Origin: the human T2T-CHM13v2.0 reference genome, Homo sapiens
NCBI RefSeq assembly: GCF_009914755.1
Contig: NC_060936.1
Direction: 5' to 3' (one strand)
DNA length: 64,000 bases
How positions within the stretch are numbered: the first letter of the stretch is position 1; each line of letters starts with the position of its first letter. Of this stretch, positions 54,095 to 64,000 are shown one piece after another. The position numbers were made by a program, and so were the translations under genes. The notes below the pieces were generated by a model. It was not told where the DNA came from, ran no database searches, and saw only the letters and a list, made by a program, of their open reading frames with translations.

Positions 54095-54377
54095 GTAGAG
54101 ATCCAGGCAGGCAGTGCCTGCTAAACCACATAGAAAGAGAGAGAGAGAGAAAAAAAAAACCCTACCTAGGGGATTGGTGGGGATTGGTGGGCCCATCTCT
54201 ATCTGGGGTTTCTCTGGCCTCCCCAATTTGATCAGGAATATTTCATGTCCTTTTTGGTGTTCCCATAGCTCTCTGTACTTCTGGGAGCCTCAGGGCTATA
54301 GTTTTTTCATCCACAAAATGAGGGTCATGTCCTCATTTGCAGGATTGTAGAAATAATTTAATGACATAGATACGTAT

Positions 54378-54600
54378 TTGCCTTATTGAGCACTTACTAT
54401 GTGCTGAGCTCAGTTCAAGGGCTCTGTATGGATTGTCTCATTTCATCCCACAACAACCCTGTAAGTCCATCACTATTATTGACTCCATTTTGCACAGGCA
54501 AAAACTGAGGCTCAGAGAGGTCAAGTCTCCTGCCAAGGTCACACAACTAGTAATGGTGGAAACAAAATTCAAGCACAGGGAGAGTCTGTGCTCTTCACTG
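54378..54600 (-). mobile_element. MIR
   Basis: TATTGAGCACTTACTATGTGC...CACAACAACCCTG...AAACTGAGGCTCAGAGAGGTCAAG...AAGGTCACACAACTAGTAA. Confidence 0.85.
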
Positions 54601-55235
54601 TAGTACTAGACAAATTCCCTTGTTTAACAGAGGCAGTGGTACATTGGAATCCCTTAGTAAATAGTAGGTGTGATTTTAACCATTTATCATGTATCATTAT
54701 TTACATTGTCATTACATACTTATCTTACATCAGGGCTCATCACACTGTATGACAGAGCATCCCGTTTAATTCTCTTCCCCTACTGGACACAGAGGAGGTC
54801 TTTTTTTCTTACTCGTTATTCTCCTAATGCCCAACACAATGCCTGCACACAGTGGCACTCAGTAAATGTTTATTGAATGGGATTGACCTGTGCTATGGAT
54901 TTGCAAAGGACTTTCACAACAGTGGGGTAGACAGGAAGCAGCTACTATGACCCCATTTTACAGACAGGAAGCAGATATCCTGAATGAACCCAGCTTGCTT
55001 ACTCTGGCTTAGTCTTGCACAGCTAATAATCAGAGCTGAACTCAGTTCTTCTGTCTCTGCCTAAGACTGCATGTGCATCCCACAGTGACAGTGATGGTAA
55101 AAGATGTTACAACCATGATAACCATTTATTGAGCAGGGCTAGACTCTATGCTAAGAAATGTACCTGCCATATTTTGAAGCCCATTTTATAGATTAAAAAG
55201 CAAGACTAAAGATTAAATCACTTGCTCAAAGTCTC

Positions 55236-55823
55236 CCTGGTAGATTTCAAAATGGTCAAAATCTTTCAGTCCTCCCTGGATTCACATACTTTGGAATGGC
55301 ACTTTGCAGCTATCTCCCATCAAGAAGTGGAGTTTGTTTCCCAACCTCTCAAATCAGAGCTGATCTTGGATTTGATTTGGCCAACAGAATAAAGCAGAAG
55401 TGATGATATGCTAGTGCTAAGTCCAGGTCTCAAGAAATCTTGCAAACTCACTCTTCTCTCTCTTGCATTCTCTCTCTCTCTCACTTGCTCTCATTCTCGC
55501 TCTAACACACTCTCTCTCTCTTTCTCTCTCTCTCTTCTGCCACTTGAGCTGCTATGTGCATGGAAATAAGGCCTAACTAACCTGCTGGAGGAGAAGAGGC
55601 CTCATGGAGCAAAGGTGACAGGCAGGGCTGAGCTATCTTAGACCAGCCAGCTCCAAGCTGACCCAGAAGCTGTCTGAAAACACATGAAAAACCCCAGTGA
55701 AGACTTGCCTAAACCAGCAGAGCCAGCCAGTCAATCCACAGATGCATCAGTGAAATAAATGTTTGCTGTTGTAACCATCAAGTTTTGGAGTGGTTTGTTA
55801 CACAGCAATAGCTAACTGATACA
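55236..55823 (+). mobile_element. MLT1F/G-like LTR
   Basis: ACTTTGCAGCTATCTCCCATCAAGAAGTGGAGT...TTTGGCCAACAGAAT...TTTTGGAGTGGTTTGTTACACAGCAATAGCTAACTGATACA. Confidence 0.8.
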
Positions 55824-56327
55824 GTCGTGCGGCTACTCAATGGCAGATTTAAATCCCAGTTCCATCTAACTCCAGAGCTCTCTTATTTTTCATTTCGTAC
55901 CTTTCAGTCCTCATGCGAGACTCAAGTCCCAAAGCCTTGCCCAACATGCACATGCAGTGCTGTGTGGTGTCATGTGTCAGTGACTCTGCCTCCTTGGCCA
56001 AACAGTCATGGGCCAGTCTCCAGAGCAGACTTCAGCCTTTTACCAACAGCTCATCTGACACATGGCCTGAAATGCCTCACTCACTCCTCCCCACCCATTC
56101 AAACCCTTTGCATTCTTGAAGGTCCAGTTCCAATGCCATCGCCTGTAGGAAAAGTCAGAGCCCTCCAGCTCCATCTTCAGACTATCATAACATCTCCATT
56201 TACCACGCCTGCAACATTCAACACCACCTGCATCTACTTTCTTGTGATTAGTTTGTGTGCCCATATTTTATTTCTCTGCTTTGATTATATTTCTCCAGAT
56301 ATTACATAGAGTAGACCCTCAACTATT

Positions 56328-56800
56328 TCATTCCATTAACAAGTAGTTGTTGTAAACCCAGCACCATTCTAGCTACTGGAAATAAGCCTGTGGACCAGAT
56401 ATGCAAGGTCCTTATCCCCAGTAGGGAGACCATGTCATGAACTAGTAGACACATAAGAAAGTTCTACAGAGGAAATGGTGAAGTCTCATCTCCTAAACAG
56501 GAGATGAATTGACGCAATACTAGAGGGAAGGACTTCTTTAAATAGGGTGGTCAAGGAGGCATCTCTGAAGCAGGGGCTTATGAGCAGAGACCTAAAGCAA
56601 TCAAAGGCATCAGCCATAAGAAGAACTCTTGAAACAAAGTCCCAGGCAGAGGGAACAGCAAATGCCAAGTCCCCAAGGCCCTGAGAACAGCTCTTCAAGG
56701 AAAAGAAAGCAGGTAATCACAGCTACAGCAGAGTGAGCCCAAGGAGGTGAGGTGGAAGATGAAGTCAGAGAGATAGACACAGACCAGGCCATGAAGCCAC
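56328..56800 (-). mobile_element. L2 3' end
   Basis: AGGGTGGTCAAGGAGGCATCTCTGA...CCAGGCAGAGGGAACAGCAAATGCCAAG. Confidence 0.8.
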
Positions 56801-57654
56801 TGGGGAAGGGTTTAAGCTCATTCCGAGTTGAGTTGGGTCAACGGAGCACTTCCCTCTTGGGAGCTCATGAACTGAACCACATGCAGCCGCAGGAGCGCAT
56901 CAACCCTATCTTTTGTGAGTATCATAGTCTTTTCCCAGCCTGGATCAATTATGCTACTGATCTCATCACTCCTGACTTCAAAAGGGGGAAAAAAAGACAG
57001 AGAATTTACAAAGAACGATAAACCCAGTTTGTAGCAAGCCGCAAGCCCACAAACTTTTACCTGCCTTTCCACTGCCCAGCATACATCACTCCCTGCCTTG
57101 CCACCAAAATACTGCCTTTATGCACAGCCAGCACAATAAAAAATAATTTTATGGAATAATATACCATCTAGGAGAAAAATCCTGGAAATAATATTTGCCT
57201 CAATGACTCAATCTAATTTGGGATGATCAAGGCTATTATTGGGGATGCCAGGTGACAGTTACAAGTTGCTGTTTATCAATGTTTGAAGAGCCCCAACTTT
57301 GCCATTGACTTACTGTGTGGCCTGAGGCAAATCCTTGTTCCTTCTAGCCTCAGTTTTCCCTACTTTAAAGGATAGATTTAGACAATCTATAAAGGGCTGT
57401 CTGTTCTACATATCTAGAAGTACACAAGTACTTCTTAAGGATTCCCTAAGACTGTACTGGGTAACACTGTCATTGGCAAGCATGAGGAGGAACAGTATTT
57501 GCACGCACCGCAGGTGGTCTTATGAATTGGTACAACTTTTGTGGATGACATTTGGTCACTATGCAACAAAAACCTTTTAAAAATAGCACAAACATTTGGA
57601 TTCGGGAAATGTCCCGTGCCAGAATACAAAGTTCAATGGTTCCTAAGAGAAAGC

Positions 57655-57842
57655 AAGTTTGCTTGGTCCCCGCAAAAAGGACATTTGGCAATATCTGGAG
57701 ACACTGAAGGGGGTGCTACTGGCATCCAGTAAGTAGAGGCCAGGGATGCTGCTGAGTATCCTACAAAACGCAGGACAGTGCCCACAACCAAGAACCATCT
57801 GGCTCAAAATGTCAAGAGGGCCACAGTTGAGAAATCCTGGTA
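57655..57842 (+). mobile_element. MER20
   Basis: GGACATTTGGCAATATCTGGAGACA...GCTACTGGCATCCAGTAAGTAGAGGCCAGGGATGCTGCT...GTTGAGAAATCCTG. Confidence 0.88.
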
Positions 57843-57994
57843 GAGATAAAGAACATTCCTCACCCCAGTATTGTTTCCAGAGATGTAAAATAAAATTACA
57901 AAAATTGAACCAAAATACCTTAGTGCAAAATAAGAAGGAATGCATTAAATAATGTGCATCACACACGAAAAAGATTCAATGCAGTTGTGAAAAA

Positions 57995-58220
57995 ATGAGC
58001 AGTTCTGTGGCCAAGAGCCCAAGCTCTGGAGACAGACTGCTGCCTGGGTTCAAGTCTCACGTCAACCACTAAGTACATGAATGACTGGACAAGTCTCTTT
58101 ACCTTTCTAAGTCTCAGTTTACTCATCTGAGAAATGAATATGGAAGCCCTGGCTCTCTCACAGGGTTGTTGGGAGACTCTAAACATCACATGGGTGAATC
58201 TGGCACATAGTAGGTTCAGT
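57995..58220 (+). mobile_element. MIR
   Basis: GCTCTGGAGACAGACTGCTGCCTGGGTTCAAGTC...CTCAGTTTACTCATCTG...CACAGGGTTGTTGGGAG. Confidence 0.85.
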
Positions 58221-58404
58221 TCATTCCTGGCCTCTACATGCATTTGGGTTTGCAACCCCAGAAAATAACAGAAAACAGCCATTTCTGCTGAGAGGAGCCG
58301 GAAGCCAGCTGAGCATGATGACTTCAGACTCTGCCATTGACACTGAACTATAGTTATGTGGCGAGAGCATGAGACGGAGGCTTGATTTCACATTTTCTTA
58401 GAGG

Positions 58405-58615
58405 TGCCCTGTGCTGAGTATCTGACATACATTATCTCATTTCCACCTCACGACAACCCTATGAGACAGATGTAAGCATCATCCCTACTTTACATGTGGA
58501 GAAACTGAGGCTCAGAGAGGTAGGTAAGCTGTCCAAGGTCACTCACTGATAAGGAAGTGGTGCTGGTGAGATTCCACACCAGGTCTGTCCGATGCTGAAG
58601 CGCAGGTCCTCAGCC
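58405..58615 (-). mobile_element. MIR
   Basis: CATTATCTCATTT..CCTCACGACAACCCTATGAG...GGAGAAACTGAGGCTCAGAGAGG. Confidence 0.85.
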
Positions 58616-58700
58616 CTACATTGGATGACATTCCTAAAAGGCTTATTGAACACAGGTTTAAACAGGCTCTCTATAGAAGAGTTTACCAAGTCACATCTGG

Positions 58701-58798
58701 ATAGAGTGACTGATTCATTCCAAGACCTTTAGTCTTGAAAGTCTTTCATCCTGGGAAACCCGTCAGTCCTAGGTACACCAGGATGATGGTTAACTTTC
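58701..58798. mobile_element. MER81-like hAT-Blackjack MITE
   Basis: TTTAGTCTTGAAAGTC..CATCCTGGGAAACCCGTCAGTCCTAGG..ACCAGGA. Confidence 0.55.
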
Positions 58799-60399
58799 CT
58801 TGGGGTCAAGATGATGGTTCCAGCTCTGATTCCCTCAATGCACCTAGGCCTGGTGAGGGAGAGTTTATGAGTATGAACGTGCAGCTTTTCTAGGACTTAG
58901 AAACTTCTCTGACATGGAGAAAATGAGGCAACAGAGAGAGAGGCAGAAGCGCTGGCCAAAGTGTCAAAAACTCTGGCTCTGCTACAAATTCACTGCTTAA
59001 ACCTGGAATCCAGCCATGTGCTTCTCTTATCCACTAAAAATAAATGGGATGGGGTTAACTTTCTCTGAAAGTCTTTCATCTGTCATGCCAATATCTAGCC
59101 TTCCACGTATCCATCCATAATATAGTATTGTGGTTGGCTGCCCAGATTTGAATACCTGCTCTGACTTTCTAGCTGTGTAACCTTAGGTAAGTTATTCACC
59201 TCTTTGAGCTTCAGTCCCCTCATCTTTAAAGTAGAGATAAAAATGGGAATCCACTTCACAGTACACGGAAGCTATTTATAATGGGGCTTTGGCATTTGGA
59301 AAATGTTCTGTAAATATCGGTTGATATTATATCAATGCTCTTTGTAAACCAATTTGTTTCACTTAGTAAATATTAACTGAATACAGTAGATGTGACACCA
59401 GAGACAGAATGAACAAAATCCTCAAAGCCCTTGCCTCTTTCACATGAAAAAGCCCAATTTCAAAATCCAGATGAATTAACGACCAACTCCTTCCCTTCTG
59501 AAGTTGAGATTAAAGAGAGTGAGAGAGGCAAAGAAAGAGGGAGAGGCCGAGCTCTCCCTAGTGCATGAGCCAAAACATACATCCTGCTCTGCATGGCCAG
59601 CCATAAATCCATTGCTCGGTGAGGGTTCTTCCCAGCTAGCATGGCGACCGTTCGGAATATGCAGTATTCCTCCACAACTGGCTGTAATTACCAGCCAGAT
59701 AATTACCCAGCCAACCCACTTCCCTTGCATATCTCTCAGCAAGCAGGGAACAGCACAAGAAAAAAAAGAAAGAAAAAAAAAAAACCTTCCTCTGTTCTTG
59801 TGAGCCTCCGAGCCTCCTAGCTAGGCCAACTTCAGGAGGTCGCTGCCAAAAGCACTCCCTCGGGAATACACTGGGTTGCCGAGCTGAGCGTGCCAATGCC
59901 TTAAATTGTTTTATGTTTTTTGTCTCTATGAATTAGAAACCATTAAGAGAAGGCCACCCAAGGAAACCAAGCACAAAATATATTTGGTTACAGATGGATG
60001 GGAGAGGTTTGTTCTTGCTTTTTTTTTTTTGCCTTTTTCTTCCCCCTGAAGAGAGCAAGTACAATTTTTTTTTTCTTTTTTGCATGGCTGATACTTTTGG
60101 AGCCAGGATCTTGGAGCCCAAAGAGTGTAAAGAGCACATCCTCCTGGGTGTGGAGGAGATGTTTCTTCTATAAACATCCTTGCCAAAGCAGCTGGGCTTG
60201 GCCCCGGATACTCCTCTCATATACATAGTCAAGGCAACCTTGGGAAGCATGAAAATCCTGGTGAATCAGCTGCAAATACTGGCAAGGGAAAGATACACTG
60301 CTGAGGCGGTAGCTGCATCTGTATGAGCTTCTGCTCAGATCCCCAACCAGCACCACCCCCATGTGACCAATGACTCACCACCATTCCAATTCCCAGTTA

Positions 60400-60618
60400 A
60401 GCAAGTAGATTCTGGAGTAAGTAACCTGAGTGCAAAATCCTGCATCTTCCTCTTACCATGTGAGCAAGTTATGCAACCTCTCTGTGCCTCAGTTTTCTCA
60501 TCTGTAAAATGGGGAGAATAAGGGTACTACCTCATGCGGTTGATGTCAGGATTAAATGAGGTGATGTTTAGCGAAGTACATAGCACCTATATGTGACCAA
60601 TAAGTGTTACCTACTATT
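60400..60618 (+). mobile_element. MIR
   Basis: GCAAGTTATGCAACCTCTCTGTGCCTCAGTTTTCTCATCTGTAAAATGGGG...AGGATTAAATGAG. Confidence 0.88.
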
Positions 60619-61292
60619 AAAAGTTACTTAACTCCCCTGTTAAATGAGCTATAGCTCAGTTTGCATAGCATTAAAATGGGGATTCTTTGGGGGTTTCTTG
60701 TAAGGATTAATTTGATGACATTTTATAGATCTGATCCCAATTCCAAAATAAATATTTTGGGCCCAGAACTGTACTGAATAGTCTATGTACATTATCTTAT
60801 TAGATCCTTATATTAATTTGGAAAACTCAGCATTATTTGTCTATTGAGAAAATTAAGCCTCAGATAAGTCATGAGTTTGAAATTTCTCTCATGCCAAATT
60901 TGTCAGATTAGAAAGATTAGATGTCTGATTGCACCTACAAAGACAGATGACGTAAAGTAAGGTTGGATGTAAGTAAGTCTCCCCCTAGGATGGGAGTGTA
61001 CAAATGCTTATTAGGGATCATTCTTGCTTTTCTTTCCTTCCATATTCTCTGAACAAACCTTGTGTCTAATTTGGCTTCCTTGTCTCAGGATTGGGAAAGC
61101 CAAAATAGCAGACTTAAGTTTGTGATAAGAAAGAATAATTATGCACCATCAATTACCCAATTAGAGTCTGGTTGCTACCTCAGTCTTATGGAAATGTGGT
61201 GGAGATGTTATCACTTGCCCAGATTCTCATCAACTTGTTTACACTGATCAAATCAAGTTTCTGGGGTATATTAACCCCACAAACGAACTTCG

Positions 61293-61629
61293 GCCACCAT
61301 CATTATCGCCACCATCACCATGAGATCTCTACCATTATCACCAACACCAATTCCACCATTACTATGATCTCCACCACCATTACTCCACACCACTTTCCAC
61401 CATCACCATAACCATCGCCATAATCACTATCACCCCACCACCACTACTTTACTAATTCTACCACCATCAGAATCACCATCTCCTCCACAACCTCCACCTC
61501 CCTCACCAACATCATCATCACCATCTCTACCCACCACCACCATAGTATCTCCACCATCACCACCATCCCCACTACACTATGACCATCACCATCACCACCA
61601 CAACCATCATCTCTACCACCATATCACCC
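61293..61629. repeat. (ACC/ATC)n degenerate trinucleotide tract
   Basis: About 335 bp of CACCAT/CACCAC units with very few G. Confidence 0.9.
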
Positions 61630-61894
61630 CAGGAGTCCTTAGCTGAACAAAATCTAAATTTTGGAGACAAGAAAGAGTTTAATTTAGAAGTTGGGCAATT
61701 GGGTGCATTAGCAAGAGTACATCACACTCAGTGTGTGACCCCATACATCTTCCCCTGAAGTAGTGAGCTTTTCTTCCAATCCGCAGCTCCCTTTGCATTA
61801 TCTGAGCTTGAGCTTCAGCCAAACCAGATGTCAGTTAAAGACAATAGATAACAGATGCTACCCAGAAAGATGTCTACAGGAAGAACATGTGTCT

Positions 61895-62110
61895 TAGAGT
61901 GAAACATGGATTTGAACCTAGCTCTACCACTTACCATCTCAACACCCACAAGCAAGAGCCTAAACTCCTCTAACACTCAGTTTCCTCATCTGTAAAATAT
62001 GGAAAATAATTCCTGCCTTAGCAGATTTGAGTTGCAATTACATGAGTACCATGGCCAAACACCATGTTTAGCATATATTAGACTCTCAATAAATACTTAA
62101 TCATATTATT
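61895..62110 (+). mobile_element. MIR
   Basis: GGATTTGAACCTAGCTCTACCACTTAC...CTCAGTTTCCTCATCTGTAAAAT...CTCAATAAATA. Confidence 0.8.
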
Positions 62111-62431
62111 AAACCAAGATGTCTAAAGAGCCTTATTCTCTACACACTCCCACTGAATACAGTTTTATTAGAAGCAAAATAGCAGCTCACTATCCTGGAG
62201 CCAACAAGAAAGAAGTTAATTCTGGAGAAATTAAAACATTTGAAACATTTAAAATGAAGGTCTCTTGTTTTTATTGTAAAAGAAACATGCTGTAAATTAC
62301 AACACAGTCAGATGTACAAAGGAGATGCACCTTATTAGAAATGCAATCTCCCAAGAAGGGGTCATTTGGTGTGATGGAGAACACACAAACTCACAGTGTA
62401 ATTCATTTGAGTTGACAAGCCCAAACTGGTA

Positions 62432-62669
62432 CAGGTTGAGTATTCCGTATCTGAAATGCTTGGAACCAGAAGCATTTTGGATTTTGAAATTTTCTTTAGA
62501 TTTTGGAATATTTGTACTATGCTTACCAGTTCAGCATCCCTAATTTGAAAATCCAAAACCCAAAATGCTCCAATGAGAATGTCCTTGGAGCGTAACGTGG
62601 GTGCTCAAAAAGTTTCAGATTTTGGAGCATTCTGGGTTTTGGATTTTCGAATTAGGGATGCTCAACCTG
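62432..62669 (+). mobile_element. MER46A (Tigger4a) TcMar MITE with TA TSD
   Basis: TA|CAGGTTGAGTAT ... ATGCTCAACCTG|TA terminal inverted repeats; 238 bp. Confidence 0.9.
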
Positions 62670-63593
62670 TATGAGTAAAAAGCTCTCTTCTATCCTCAGT
62701 CTTGCTTCTTGTTTTATTTCTCTTAGATTTTTTTTCCTCTCTGTGTCAAAAAAGAAAAGCTCATGGCTTCATCAAGGAAGTGAAATTCTCATTTTCCTAG
62801 ACAGTTCTTACAGAGCACGGAGTTTATTGCCCTGTAATCAAAGGACTCCACCTGGAGCTCAAACACGGGTAGATGATGTGACAAGAAGATAGAAACAGAG
62901 CTGGAAGTTTGAGCTACCTTCCTTCCTACCCACACAATGAGAAGATCATCTGGATGCTCTAACAGGGCTTTGCTAACTACAGGTTCAATGTACCTAGGGG
63001 AAAAAAGAGGCAAAAACTAATCAGGGAAGATAAACCAGAAGGCTGCTAAGTTTTCATCAGTCAATGGCTAATGGACAAAAAGAGAAAAATGTCCTGAGTT
63101 GTTCATATAGTACTCAGTACAAAAGTACTCAATACAAAAAACTGACCTTTATTGTAAGATTCTGTTCTTTCTATATTTATTGTTATTAAAAATTCTCTTT
63201 GGCAATGGAACAAGAGCAATTCATGCCAGCCAGTCTTTCTTCTCCTTCCCCTACCAGCTATAAGGATCACTTTTCCCAATGTCTTTCCTTCTTTATCCAG
63301 AGAACGAGTTCTGCCTTTGTTAGATAATTGGACTAGGGTGCAGGAAGGAGCTTTCTTGATGCTGAACCAGAGGAAGGGAGGAACAGACCACTGCCACCAG
63401 AAAGAAAAGTGGGGAAAGGACTGAGAAGGTGGGAGGGTAAGCCAATCTGCATGGCAAACAGCTAGAAACACACGGGGAAGGAAGAGGGAGAAAGTTAAAG
63501 CCCTGCAGAAGGGGGTTGAGAAGATTTGGAAAGTTTGGGTGCAAAAACTTGGGGAGATAAGAAGGGAGAAAATGGGTTTTAAGAATTGGTCAT

Positions 63594-63910
<317 letters not shown>

Positions 63911-64000
63911 TCATTATGTCATTTAAAAACTAAGATGACTTTAGATGGGAAGATACTCTGTAGATGCTACTTCTTTGAAAGCAGCTTCACTTCAGAACTA

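Noticed and set aside
54168-54192. Tandem GGGGATTGGT x2 (two reverse CCAAT boxes)
   Set aside because: Simple 10-bp duplication with no other promoter features
61293-61629. His/Thr-rich mucin-like ORF 61172..61411
   Set aside because: Translation of an ACC/ATC low-complexity tract

Overview
Primate, human-like non-coding genomic DNA (intergenic or deep intronic). I find no supportable protein-coding gene, tRNA/rRNA, CpG-island promoter or CRISPR array. The long ORFs in the track come from low-complexity tracts, Alu, L1 or THE1 sequence. The window is dominated by interspersed repeats recognised by eye: AluJ/AluS, L1PA/L1MA/L1MB/L1ME fragments, many MIR and L2 relics, MaLR/ERVL LTRs (MLT1, THE1A, LTR16, LTR33) and DNA transposon MITEs (MER20, MER5A, MER53, MER46A, MER81, MER94, MER102). 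Subfamily names come from remembered consensus sequences and need RepeatMasker/Dfam confirmation; boundaries of old elements are approximate. I cannot support a previously undescribed biological system here. The most notable observations are: (1) a twin-primed, 5'-inverted L1PA3-like insertion with a perfect 16-bp TSD, about 2.7 kb of L1 missing at the inversion point, and a 288-codon chimeric ORF carrying most of the L1 endonuclease domain; (2) a ~1-kb polypurine expansion starting with (AAGGG)15; (3) an internally deleted THE1A provirus with intact TSDs and a duplicated 7-mer at the deletion junction; (4) two short, non-tandem local duplications about 1.0-1.1 kb from their partners; (5) a series of repeat-free islands rich in homeodomain/PBX-HOX/FOX motifs that suggest a developmental enhancer landscape.
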